Shown one piece after another: positions 1-8,699 of a stretch of 64,000 nt of DNA. The notes under the pieces are model-generated. The model was not told where the DNA came from. It searched no databases and saw only the letters and a program-made list of their open reading frames with translations. This DNA comes from Escherichia phage vB-Eco-KMB43: sequence record OR525698.1. The stretch is one strand, 5' to 3'. The position numbers and the translations under genes are program-made. Each line of letters starts with the position of its first letter. Within the stretch, counting starts at the first letter, position 1.

Positions 1-119
1 TCTAGATATGTAAACATACCATCAATATTAGGTCTTTGTTCGTAACTCCAACAATCACGCAAAATACGCTTTTCGTATTCGCCAACCAACGCATAGGTCT
101 TACCTTCTTCCCATTTCAT
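1..119 (-). CDS. hypothetical protein, N-terminal part only (gene runs past window start); paralog of 124..621
   Basis: ATG at 119-117; translation MKWEEGKTYALVG resembles MKWELGKMYTLDG of the next ORF. Confidence 0.4.
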   Translation of the reverse strand, partial: MKWEEGKTYALVGEYEKRILRDCWSYEQRPNIDGMFTYL

Positions 120-123
120 AATA

Positions 124-621
124 TTATCTCTCATTTTTGATACGTGATTCTAATTGGATCATACGGTCGCGCGTTTGCTTGTATTCACGGATAGCACCGA
201 TCCGGCTAGGCATACCATCTAGGACGCTCTTAATCCCTTCTAGGGTAGTGATTTTAGCAATGCTATTATGTAACCCCATCTTATCGATCAACTGAATGTC
301 GTAGGCTTCCATAAGCAGACCCAGACGTTCTAAGGTTAGATCTGGTTCTTTAACTTCTTTAAAGAATCGACGTTCACCAGCCCAAAACCACGCACCGTGC
401 GCACCAATTGGAGTGTCTCGAACAGAAATACATTTACCATCACTTAACGAGATTTCAAGAACATGACCCTCATTACTCATAACCTCGACTGTAAAAGGAC
501 GTCCATCAAGAAACTCAGCAACTTGACGGTTGATTGACAGTTCAGATTTGGTAAATTCTGCTTTCTTCTCATCACCATCAAGAGTGTACATCTTACCCAA
601 TTCCCATTTCATAGCAATCAC
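124..621 (-). CDS. hypothetical protein (probable start near 612)
   Basis: ORF track; start overlaps nrdG stop; N-terminus paralogous to ORF at 1..119. Confidence 0.55.
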   Translation of the reverse strand: MIAMKWELGKMYTLDGDEKKAEFTKSELSINRQVAEFLDGRPFTVEVMSNEGHVLEISLSDGKCISVRDTPIGAHGAWFWAGERRFFKEVKEPDLTLERLGLLMEAYDIQLIDKMGLHNSIAKITTLEGIKSVLDGMPSRIGAIREYKQTRDRMIQLESRIKNER

Positions 622-622
622 C

Positions 623-1132
623 TCAAATAATTTTTACTGGAATACTATTAACAATCTTGTATTGTACTTGATTGTCAGACCCCCGCCACGGCTTCTTCGT
701 TGGCATATCTTTAATATAACGACCATCGATGAACATGTCAACTGATTCTACAATTTTTCTTTGCTCATCATTCAATTGGTCAAGGGTATAACCAGACCAT
801 AGCCAAATATCTTTATTTGGCATCCATGATTTTACTTCATCGATGATCCGCTGTACACCCTTTAAATTGCGTTTATACAGTGGATCTCCACCTAAGAATG
901 TTAGCCCCTGAATAAAATCAGGTCTAAGCAGATCCAGAATCAATCCCATTGTATCATCGGTGAATGGTTCCCCGTTCTTAGGATTGAGTAGACTAGCATT
1001 AAAGCAACCATCACATGCGTGTGAACATCCGGTAACGTAAAGGGAGACTCTCACTCCCTCACCGTTAACCATATCACAATCTTTAATATCGGCATAGCGT
1101 AATTTGCCGTATGTATCAGAACTCATATTCAA
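623..1132 (-). CDS. nrdG: anaerobic ribonucleotide reductase activating protein (radical SAM)
   Basis: CxxxCxxC motif (CSHACDGC); size and position downstream of nrdD as in T4-type phages. Confidence 0.85.
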   Translation of the reverse strand: MNMSSDTYGKLRYADIKDCDMVNGEGVRVSLYVTGCSHACDGCFNASLLNPKNGEPFTDDTMGLILDLLRPDFIQGLTFLGGDPLYKRNLKGVQRIIDEVKSWMPNKDIWLWSGYTLDQLNDEQRKIVESVDMFIDGRYIKDMPTKKPWRGSDNQVQYKIVNSIPVKII

Positions 1133-1343
1133 TTACCCCGAACTCGTTTACAATCTGCGCTTTATAGTAACCACCGCGAGATGCTAATAGATAAGCTGGG
1201 CTTAGGTATTCGTATTCGCGGATTTCTACTTGTGCGTTTTCAGTTTCCCAAATCAGTAAAGTCCACATATTTGATTCTCCTGTAAAGTTGTATCTCGTCT
1301 TGATGAATATAGTATAGGGGATCGCGAGATCCCCGTCAAGCAT
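1116..1343 (-). CDS. small hypothetical protein (likely 1116..1268, ATG at 1268)
   Basis: Track ORF start lies inside the promoter; internal ATG preceded by GGAGAATCAAAT RBS. Confidence 0.4.
   Translation of the reverse strand: MLDGDLAIPYTIFIKTRYNFTGESNMWTLLIWETENAQVEIREYEYLSPAYLLASRGGYYKAQIVNEFGVIEYEF
1311..1339 (-). promoter_or_regulatory. sigma70-type early promoter (TTGACG -17- TATACT), palindromic GGGGATC..GATCCCC spacer
   Basis: Reverse complement reads TTGACG gggatctcgcgatcccc TATACT; RBS and ATG follow. Confidence 0.6.
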
Positions 1344-1357
1344 TTATTTTAAAAATC

Positions 1358-1903
1358 TCAAAGTATTCTTTCTAGCCATTCGCGACCAGTCATATGAGTA
1401 CCCGCAATCATAAAATTATGGTCTGGCGAGGACCGAAACATATCTAAAATAAACTTCCGACATTCCTCATAGTCATCACGTTTAAGATAGACCACGTTCT
1501 CGCCAGTGCCAATAACTCCTTTACGATAGCCATGTTCTTTACGCGTAGACCATTGCACAGTATCCTTTTTAACTCGAATCACGATTGGTTCCCAATATCC
1601 AGCACATCCAGCATGACCACACGAACAAGTAAGGAAGTATTGACCCTTTGCTTTGTTCTCATCCCATCCAACATTAATCGGATAACATTCATGAAACAAT
1701 GCTAAAACATCATGTGTCTCGTCAATATCTTTATCGTCAATTCGTGCAGTAAACACCCAAACAGGGATCTTATTACCTATTGGTTCATAATCATCGCCCC
1801 ACTCGTCATAAATAGTTTCTAAGGTCATATCAATATTGATTGATTTTGCCGCGTCAATATGTCGTTGTGCTTTACGTTTACGGTTTAATGATTTCATAGT
1901 CAC
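1358..1903 (-). CDS. hypothetical protein (Cys/His-rich)
   Basis: ORF track; between nrdD and nrdG on the same strand; no motif recognised. Confidence 0.55.
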   Translation of the reverse strand: MTMKSLNRKRKAQRHIDAAKSINIDMTLETIYDEWGDDYEPIGNKIPVWVFTARIDDKDIDETHDVLALFHECYPINVGWDENKAKGQYFLTCSCGHAGCAGYWEPIVIRVKKDTVQWSTRKEHGYRKGVIGTGENVVYLKRDDYEECRKFILDMFRSSPDHNFMIAGTHMTGREWLERIL

Positions 1904-1914
1904 CTCACATTATT

Positions 1915-2454
1915 TCAAAGATCGCGATATTGTACATTATGAAAATGAGAACTTGCATTACCAATATTGTAGATAACAAATTCTTCATCCGGCGCTTGCG
2001 CTACAAATTGAGTATGAGCAACCGCCACAACCTTAAAAATACGATCCGTGATCTTGTGTTTAATTTCTGCCCCTACTTCCATAGGAACATATTCATTTGT
2101 TTCTGTTTCAGTCGCAAAACAGCCATCTTCTTCATAAGCACGAACAAATCGGTCGCAATCAGTACGCTTAACAAATTCAAGAGTATATAATTCTCGTGAA
2201 TTGTCGGTATAGACCAATACAGAATTATTATGATAGCGAATCACATACAGGTTATTATCATCGTCAATTACGCAAAAGCTACGGATTCCTTCGCCTTGAC
2301 TCCAGCAGATATTAACCACCGTTCCTCTAATAAAAAAACTTTCCTTTAAATTAAAACTAGCCAATGTGCTAGCGTGCATTTTAACAACAACGCCATCACC
2401 AATTTCCAGTTTACGAAGTTTAACTTCTTTGCTCAGTACACAAAACATCATCAT
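1915..2454 (-). CDS. hypothetical protein
   Basis: ORF track; preceded by promoter cassette and RBS. Confidence 0.55.
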   Translation of the reverse strand: MMMFCVLSKEVKLRKLEIGDGVVVKMHASTLASFNLKESFFIRGTVVNICWSQGEGIRSFCVIDDDNNLYVIRYHNNSVLVYTDNSRELYTLEFVKRTDCDRFVRAYEEDGCFATETETNEYVPMEVGAEIKHKITDRIFKVVAVAHTQFVAQAPDEEFVIYNIGNASSHFHNVQYRDL

Positions 2455-2483
2455 GTTATCCTCTCGTTGTTTTCGATGTGAGC

Positions 2484-2511
2484 ATTATACATTAGCTAAT
2501 CAGGTTGTCAA
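2484..2511 (-). promoter_or_regulatory. sigma70-type early promoter (TTGACA / TATAAT)
   Basis: tgtcaa at 2506-2511 and attata at 2484-2489 on the top strand; member of the repeated cassette family. Confidence 0.6.
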
Positions 2512-2520
2512 CACCCCAAA

Positions 2521-2550
2521 ACGAAAAAGCCGACCCTTTCGGATCGGCTG
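2521..2550 (-). terminator. rho-independent terminator after nrdD
   Basis: Hairpin GCCGATCC-gaaa-GGGTCGGC followed by a T-run on the minus strand. Confidence 0.7.
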
Positions 2551-2554
2551 AAAA

Positions 2555-4417
2555 TTACATGTGCTTAACGCGGTTTACCATCTCGGAGTGTTTCCCGTGG
2601 TTAAATGGACGCAGATCAACAGATCCAAGATATCCACTAACGCGACGGATAACATTCATCTTTTCCAGATTGTCATTGCCGCAATCAGGGCAAACAAAAC
2701 CAGACTCGGTCGCTCTCATTTCCTTATTAGATCCGCATACATGACATACATCAGAAGGAGTATTAACACCGAAGTAGTGCAATTTATCCATTGCATAGTC
2801 TACTACAGTTTCAAGACCTTTCAGGTTGTTTTTCATGTCTGGGAACTCAACATAAGAGATCATGCCACCGGACGCCAGCCAGTGATAATCTTTCTCAAAG
2901 TCGATTTTCTCAAACGGTGTGACTTTCCGGTCTACGTCAAGGTGGAATGAGTTGGTGTACCAGTCTTTATCGGTAGCACCCTTAACAATACCAAATTGCT
3001 CTCGGTCCAGTCGATTAAATCGATAGCAAAGGCTCTCGGCTGGAGTACCGTAAAGACTAAACCCAAGTCCGGTTTCGTCCTTCCATTTTTCAGTATAATG
3101 ACGCAAGATCTTAAGAATATGTTTACCGTATCGCTGCGCATCTTCCGAATCAAACGGATGAACACCAAACAGGACGCTCAATACCTCATGTAAACCAATA
3201 TATCCAAGAGAGATACTAGCGCGACCATCTTTCAACACTTCCAAAATTTCATCGTTTTGATGAATACGGAAAAACGCACCTTCGGTATACAGTACAGGAG
3301 CAACATTGGCTTTAGCACCTTTTAAAGCGTCTACGCGACTCATGAGCGCATCAAAGCAAATAGGCATACGATTAGCTAGCTCTTGTTCGAATAGCTCAAT
3401 TCTGCGCATTACAGACGCTTTACCAGCACGACGCGCGGCAATAAGGGCAATACGCGGAAGATTCAGAGTCACAACACCTAAGTTATTACGTCCGTCTAAT
3501 ACTTCCTCGCCTTTCTCATTATGCCACACACCCAGGAAGCTACGACAACCCATCGGGCTAACCGGAACACTAGATCCGGTGATACTACGGTTATTCTTCG
3601 CAGAGATATAATCAGGGTAAAGACGCTTACTAGAACATTCCAATGCAAGTTGCTTAATGTCGTAGTTCGGATCTTCCGGTTTAAGGTTTAATCCTTCTTC
3701 TAAGAACATCACCAGCTTAGGAAACACCGGAGTGATACCATCTTTACCTAAACCTTTAGTTCGAACGTTCAGGATCGCTTTCTGAATCAGTTTTTCTTCC
3801 CAGCTAGTCCCCATACCAAATGTTAAAGTCACAAAAGGTGTTTGACCGTTGGTGGAGAACAAAGTGTTGATTTCATATTCCAACGCTTGATACCCGTCTA
3901 GCGTTTCTTTTTCTGTCTTCTCTTGTGCATAGAGAGTATCCGCTTTGATTCCGTAGGTTTCGGCATCAGCAAGGTGTTTATGATATGTTTTCTCAACGTA
4001 TGGCGCTAAAACCTGATCGATGTTTGCAATTGTGGTCCCGCCATATTGATGACTTGCCACCTGTGCGATAATTTGAGCGGTTACAGCACAAGCAACGCCG
4101 ATTGATTTCGGACTTTCGATTTGTGCGCTACCCAATTTAAAACCATTCTCTAACATGTCTTTGAGGTTAACAAGACAGCAGTTAGTAAACGGCATAGCGG
4201 GTGCATAATCCATATCATGATAATGAATGTCACCGTCTACATGCGCTTTATAGATGTGCTCAGGTAACACGGTTTTAGCAATCTGTTTAGACACAGCACC
4301 AGCAATCAGATCTCGACGTGTCGGGAATGTTCGCGCGTCTTTGTTCGCGTTCTCTTTGCTTACTTCGTTTTCTTTACCCGTTGCGATCTCTGTAATGTCT
4401 TTGATTAGTTTTTCCAT
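2555..4417 (-). CDS. nrdD: anaerobic ribonucleoside-triphosphate reductase (glycyl radical enzyme)
   Basis: C-terminal RVSGY glycyl-radical motif plus CxxC zinc ribbon; N-terminus closely resembles T4 NrdD as recalled; uninterrupted 620 aa ORF. Confidence 0.95.
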   Translation of the reverse strand: MEKLIKDITEIATGKENEVSKENANKDARTFPTRRDLIAGAVSKQIAKTVLPEHIYKAHVDGDIHYHDMDYAPAMPFTNCCLVNLKDMLENGFKLGSAQIESPKSIGVACAVTAQIIAQVASHQYGGTTIANIDQVLAPYVEKTYHKHLADAETYGIKADTLYAQEKTEKETLDGYQALEYEINTLFSTNGQTPFVTLTFGMGTSWEEKLIQKAILNVRTKGLGKDGITPVFPKLVMFLEEGLNLKPEDPNYDIKQLALECSSKRLYPDYISAKNNRSITGSSVPVSPMGCRSFLGVWHNEKGEEVLDGRNNLGVVTLNLPRIALIAARRAGKASVMRRIELFEQELANRMPICFDALMSRVDALKGAKANVAPVLYTEGAFFRIHQNDEILEVLKDGRASISLGYIGLHEVLSVLFGVHPFDSEDAQRYGKHILKILRHYTEKWKDETGLGFSLYGTPAESLCYRFNRLDREQFGIVKGATDKDWYTNSFHLDVDRKVTPFEKIDFEKDYHWLASGGMISYVEFPDMKNNLKGLETVVDYAMDKLHYFGVNTPSDVCHVCGSNKEMRATESGFVCPDCGNDNLEKMNVIRRVSGYLGSVDLRPFNHGKHSEMVNRVKHM

Positions 4418-4461
4418 TGTATCACCTATGAAAAAGCGGGATTTCTCCCGCTCGTTGATAG

Positions 4462-4956
4462 TTATTTTACCAGTTCTGCTAATTCTTTTTCCGCCGCTTC
4501 CAGTTCAGCTTTCAGTTGTTTGATCTCTTGTCGCTTCTTATTAGCGGCTTCCTGCTTACTATTTCGGATAATCTGATCTAGATATGAATCCCACTCCTGA
4601 ATATTTTTGATAATGTAACCGTCAACATTAATTGGTCGGAGATTTAGTACAGCTTCCAGTTTAGTTGCAAAAACTTTAATTGCTGGTGTGAAGTATTCAT
4701 ACTCGTTATCTTCAAACCAATAGCCTAGACTTGCATTCTCAATACGAAGACGAAGTTCAAGATCAAGGTCTTTATCTTCGGTGTAAAGATCTTGCACATG
4801 CCCCATCGAACTAACAACAACTTTAAAACGAATTTTATCAACACCACCAAACACACCAGTAAGTATACCAGCAATTGAGCTATTAGCGCAAGATTGGTCG
4901 CTGAATGCGTCAAGGTTTTCTTTAGTTACAGTATACCAAACATCTTGTACCCACAT
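4462..4956 (-). CDS. hypothetical protein with C-terminal coiled coil
   Basis: ORF track; C-terminal heptad-like tail (KQLKAELEAAEKELAELVK) similar in character to tails of 5011..6189 and 6246..6830. Confidence 0.55.
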   Translation of the reverse strand: MWVQDVWYTVTKENLDAFSDQSCANSSIAGILTGVFGGVDKIRFKVVVSSMGHVQDLYTEDKDLDLELRLRIENASLGYWFEDNEYEYFTPAIKVFATKLEAVLNLRPINVDGYIIKNIQEWDSYLDQIIRNSKQEAANKKRQEIKQLKAELEAAEKELAELVK

Positions 4957-4980
4957 AATATAATCCTCTCGTTGTTAAGT

Positions 4981-5014
4981 GGGAGTATTATAGCATACTC
5001 CCTTCGCATGTCAA
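4981..5014 (-). promoter_or_regulatory. early promoter with inverted repeat GGGAGTAT..ATACTCCC spanning the -10
   Basis: tgtcaa at 5009-5014; perfect 8 bp inverted-repeat arms at 4981-5002. Confidence 0.55.
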
Positions 5015-6189
5015 ACACTAACTTTTTTCTTTACTGCTTTCACCTTCTGGCGAATTGCTCGAATCTCTTCGATCTCTTTTTCAGTCTCTTTAACAATTTC
5101 TTTGCGATTCTGAATATCTGTATCTAGATTCTCATCGAGTTTAGGAAGCATGTCGATCAAGAACTTTTTAAGGTCTTTCAGGTTGCGAATAACAGTACCT
5201 TCACCCATTACCGCAACACCCACACCATCCGGCAGATCACCAAACAGCTTAACCAGTTCAGACAGATGATCATGATCTTCTAGTGCTTCTTCCGGTTCAG
5301 ATGGCAGTTCAACAAAGTTATAACGTTCATCATTGCTGATCAAGTGATACCAGCAAAGCCCGAAAGATTTCGGTGTATATTCTACACCATCAATTTCAAC
5401 CGCGTCAACACTTCCATAATCATCTACTTTAGTTACCTTAAATCCTTGTCCCAGCTTTTGAACAATTTCAACAACATGACTTGATACAGTTTCAGCGGTA
5501 AACCAATATGGCAAATTATGCTGATTTGGCTTGTAGCGTTCACCTACTTTAAATCTCTGACCATCCGCTTGCATAGCATGAAATTGTTGTTGCGTGATTT
5601 CCGCGAAGTATTCAAATTCGCTACCGTCAAACAAGCAATTCCATTGATCACAAAAACGATCTGCCTTAACAGTTTCACCTTTCGCGGTGATCATGGTAGC
5701 TGATCCGTGCAATTCTTCTTCAACTAAAAAGCCATATTCGACAAAATCAACAAGTTTCATAGCTTCTTTGTGATCTGGATCATGCTCTCCCCAGAATCGC
5801 TTAAATTCTTGCAAACCTTCTGGGGTAAACGAATAACATTTACCTTTTTCAAAGTAAGTCGGCATTGCATCCTCTTTCTTGTTCATCGCTTCGTATGCCT
5901 CTTTTGAGATACGTTTAAAGTATTTGCGCTCATTGTTCATAATCATAGTAGCCCAATAATCCACAATATCATTAGCGGAATAAACTACATCTCCAGCTTC
6001 AATAGTAATAACATGACCGTGGTCATCTTTTTCTAATACTTTAAAGCCCTTTTCTACGATTTCAGCAACCCGAATATGACCACGGCGCGAAGCATCGGTC
6101 AGAATAATTGAATAGCGAGAAAAGTCTAGAAACTCATCTTTACCGCCTTCACGGAATGCATAGTAATGACCTTCAAAGAATTTAGCCAT
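5011..6189 (-). CDS. hypothetical protein with three copies of an ~80 aa repeat domain
   Basis: Internal repeats (YYAFREGG...KGFKVLEKDDHGHV; QGFKVTKVDDYGSVDAVEIDGVEYTPKSF) shared with ORFs 6246..6830 and 6839..7159. Confidence 0.65.
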   Translation of the reverse strand: MAKFFEGHYYAFREGGKDEFLDFSRYSIILTDASRRGHIRVAEIVEKGFKVLEKDDHGHVITIEAGDVVYSANDIVDYWATMIMNNERKYFKRISKEAYEAMNKKEDAMPTYFEKGKCYSFTPEGLQEFKRFWGEHDPDHKEAMKLVDFVEYGFLVEEELHGSATMITAKGETVKADRFCDQWNCLFDGSEFEYFAEITQQQFHAMQADGQRFKVGERYKPNQHNLPYWFTAETVSSHVVEIVQKLGQGFKVTKVDDYGSVDAVEIDGVEYTPKSFGLCWYHLISNDERYNFVELPSEPEEALEDHDHLSELVKLFGDLPDGVGVAVMGEGTVIRNLKDLKKFLIDMLPKLDENLDTDIQNRKEIVKETEKEIEEIRAIRQKVKAVKKKVSV

Positions 6190-6204
6190 AATATAATCCT
6201 CTCG

Positions 6205-6239
6205 TTGTTTAGATGGGAGTATCTTACTACTCCCGTTTC
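6205..6239 (-). promoter_or_regulatory. early promoter (TTGACA -17- TAAGAT) with inverted repeat GGGAGTA..TACTCCC over the -10
   Basis: tgtcaa at 6234-6239; atctta at 6211-6216; inverted repeat 6205-6224. Confidence 0.6.
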
Positions 6240-6245
6240 ATCATG

Positions 6246-6830
6246 TCAAGCGTTAAATGACTTTTGGATCTCTTTCAGTTCAGCTACTTTATCGGCGCTA
6301 TATTTTGCTTGATGTTCCATGCGCTTAAGCTCACCTTTGATATAGGTTTCTAGCTTAGGTTTATTCTCAATCAGAAAATCTTTCAAGTCATCGGCATTTT
6401 TAAAGTATAGCTGATTGTCAAAGCTAAAATCTTCCAGCGTCAATGATACCAAAGAAGACTTCGCAAACAAGTTAATCAGACCTTCCAGAGATTCTTCTTT
6501 CTTAACTGGTTTCATTTCTTCAAACTGCTTTTTAGTGATGCGTTTAAAGTATTTGCGCTCGTTTGCAGCAATCAGAACAGATGCACCTTCATACCCATGA
6601 GTTTCTACCAGATACACACGCCCCATCGCATCAACAGTGAGAACTTTAAAGCCGTTACAAAGCACGTCATACAAGAACTTATTATGTTGCGGACATCGTT
6701 TGATAAATTCTGCGGCTGTTTCTGCACTACGGAAAGTGTAATAACGACCTCGTTCAAAAACAGCATCATTTGAAGACTTAGCCGGATACAATTTATACGT
6801 TTTCTGTACCATAATATAATCCTCTATCAT
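6246..6830 (-). CDS. hypothetical protein, paralog of 5011..6189 (one repeat domain plus helical tail); probable start 6812
   Basis: Shares NERKYFKRI(S/T)K and GFKVL motifs with neighbour; internal ATG at 6812 (MVQKTYK). Confidence 0.6.
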   Translation of the reverse strand: MIEDYIMVQKTYKLYPAKSSNDAVFERGRYYTFRSAETAAEFIKRCPQHNKFLYDVLCNGFKVLTVDAMGRVYLVETHGYEGASVLIAANERKYFKRITKKQFEEMKPVKKEESLEGLINLFAKSSLVSLTLEDFSFDNQLYFKNADDLKDFLIENKPKLETYIKGELKRMEHQAKYSADKVAELKEIQKSFNA

Positions 6831-6838
6831 TTCACTAA

Positions 6839-7159
6839 TTAAACAGCACGGAACAGAATGCGCTCACACGGAAGCAGCATAAATTCCCAACGCGGGTCAA
6901 AGTCTTTAGCGGTGTATGTTTTCCCATCAACCGCTATTTCACTTACATAACCAACAGGTGACACTTTAAGAACAGTAAACCCATTCTTGATGACTTCGTA
7001 GGTATCTTTCACCCCTTCGTATTCATCATCTAAGAAGTCTTTATGTGCTTGCTCAGATTTAAAAACATAGGCCACACCGGATTTAAACATCTTACGCATT
7101 GTTGATTCTCCTTCTTGATTAGATGGGAGTATTTTACTACTCCCATTTCTTATTGTCAA
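6839..7159 (-). CDS. small hypothetical protein, single repeat domain of the same family (probable CDS 6839..7099)
   Basis: Track start is TTG inside the promoter -35; ATG at 7099 (MRKMFKS) has GGAGAATCAACA RBS; NGFTVLKVSPVGYVSEIAVDGKTYTAKDF matches the family repeat. Confidence 0.5.
   Translation of the reverse strand: MTIRNGSSKILPSNQEGESTMRKMFKSGVAYVFKSEQAHKDFLDDEYEGVKDTYEVIKNGFTVLKVSPVGYVSEIAVDGKTYTAKDFDPRWEFMLLPCERILFRAV
7125..7159 (-). promoter_or_regulatory. early promoter with GGGAGTA..TACTCCC inverted repeat
   Basis: tgtcaa at 7154-7159; inverted repeat 7125-7144. Confidence 0.55.
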
Positions 7160-7162
7160 CTA

Positions 7163-7651
7163 CTATCTTAATCTTTGTATGAATTGTTTCTTATACTTCT
7201 TCGTGATTTCTTCTCGTGTATCAGCGTCACAGTAATCGAAACCTTCTGCGTCCATAATATCAACCATCTCCGCGCGTGTCAAGCGTGAAAATCGTTTTAC
7301 TTTATCAACGGCATATTGAGGATGTAAATGATTGTTGGTGTAGTCTCCTTTGATGTAATTAACATAGTTTGTAGCCCAAACAACGAAATCAGCACCTAAA
7401 GCACCAACACCAAACCGTTTAAAGTCTCCGGTCAACGATCCTTCTAGGCGGTTGCAACACGAATGAAGCAATCCCCTTACTCGGCCTTGCCCTTTCCCAT
7501 CTAGATCATGATCATGGTCAAGATGGTTTTTGCTCATATCCTCAAAAAGTGGCAATTGACAAAGGGGGCAAATGCCCCCCTGTTTTTCGAATAGTTCTTG
7601 TTTGTACTCTTTAGCACTCTTAGCAGTCAGTAACATAAATTCACCCTCCAA
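7163..7651 (-). CDS. 49: recombination endonuclease VII (Holliday junction resolvase)
   Basis: CPLCQ...NHLDHDHDLDG...GRVRGLLHSCCN motifs match T4 gp49 as recalled (zinc site plus His-Me finger). Confidence 0.9.
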   Translation of the reverse strand: MEGEFMLLTAKSAKEYKQELFEKQGGICPLCQLPLFEDMSKNHLDHDHDLDGKGQGRVRGLLHSCCNRLEGSLTGDFKRFGVGALGADFVVWATNYVNYIKGDYTNNHLHPQYAVDKVKRFSRLTRAEMVDIMDAEGFDYCDADTREEITKKYKKQFIQRLR

Positions 7652-7660
7652 AGAAGGTAT

Positions 7661-7954
7661 TTAACCATTAATCTTGTTTTTGACTACAAAGGATCGGAAC
7701 TCATCAAAACCACCGATATAATCACCGTCATAGAAAATCTGCGGCATGGTGGCAATAACTTCTACCCCTGCGCGATCCTGAATGTCGGCAATGATAGAAT
7801 CAATCTTTACCGGACGACCGTTTTCGTCTACACCATCATTAACCGGAATGTAGATGTAAGGGATCTTACGCGATTCACAAAGGCGCTTTGCATTCTGGCA
7901 ATACTTACAGTTGTAACCTTCAAAACCAAAAATTTCTACCATGTTATACCTCAT
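7661..7954 (-). CDS. nrdC: glutaredoxin/thioredoxin (RNR electron donor)
   Basis: CKYCQNAKRL active-site CxxC and C-terminal MPQIFYDGDYIGGFDE resemble T4 NrdC as recalled. Confidence 0.85.
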   Translation of the reverse strand: MRYNMVEIFGFEGYNCKYCQNAKRLCESRKIPYIYIPVNDGVDENGRPVKIDSIIADIQDRAGVEVIATMPQIFYDGDYIGGFDEFRSFVVKNKING

Positions 7955-8699
7955 TCAGTTCTATATCAAGTTCATTTTCAATAATATAGGCATTAACTGC
8001 CCGTGCCGCATCATCTTCTGTGTCAAATCTTCCTATATACACACCGCGAACTTTAGCACCGTAATTACCTTGTTTTGGTACTTTGTAAACGTATCTATGA
8101 CGGGAACTTGCTGCTTTTTGGAGCTTCTTGCCATATTCAGACTTTGCATATTCTATATCATCAATCTCGTTTATACAAGACCTATCACCAAAATGTTTCA
8201 ACGCGGCAAGATTATATGCATACGCCGCGCCGATCTCGGAGGGAAAATATCCTAAATGTATCGACTTCCCATCCAACATTATTGCACCAGTCCAATAACC
8301 TTTATTCTTATTAAACGACACACCTTTATACTTCGAATATGTTTTGCATTTGGTCTTGCTCATATTCATATTATTTTGTTTGCGTGTCGTCTCTCTAAGG
8401 TTTTCAATGCGGCTATTATAACGATCTCGGTCTTTATGATCTATATACTTAGGACAATGACCATGAAACATATGATAGATAACACGGTGCATACGTTCGT
8501 ATCGCTCGCCAGTCCATACAATACGATACCCATCGGGGGTATCACTTCCAGCTAATCCGTTTATAACACCTTTTCGGTGCGGGTGAATCTTCCACCTAAG
8601 AAAACCATCATCATAATAAAACCGTGAATGATATAAATCATATAAACGTTTATCTTCTGGAGTCTTGTGTATAACCTCATATTTTAACATTGGTGACAT
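7944..8699 (-). CDS. free-standing HNH homing endonuclease with two AP2-like DNA-binding domains
   Basis: HNH core (IDHKDRDRYNSRIENLRETTRKQN) plus two YKGVS/YxYKV...GxYxGRF AP2-type repeats. Confidence 0.8.
   Translation of the reverse strand: MSPMLKYEVIHKTPEDKRLYDLYHSRFYYDDGFLRWKIHPHRKGVINGLAGSDTPDGYRIVWTGERYERMHRVIYHMFHGHCPKYIDHKDRDRYNSRIENLRETTRKQNNMNMSKTKCKTYSKYKGVSFNKNKGYWTGAIMLDGKSIHLGYFPSEIGAAYAYNLAALKHFGDRSCINEIDDIEYAKSEYGKKLQKAASSRHRYVYKVPKQGNYGAKVRGVYIGRFDTEDDAARAVNAYIIENELDIELNEV

Noticed and set aside
2555-4417. Group I intron or homing endonuclease insertion within nrdD
   Set aside because: The nrdD reading frame is continuous for 620 aa from the N-terminal motifs to the C-terminal glycyl-radical and zinc-ribbon motifs, so there is no evidence of an intron here.
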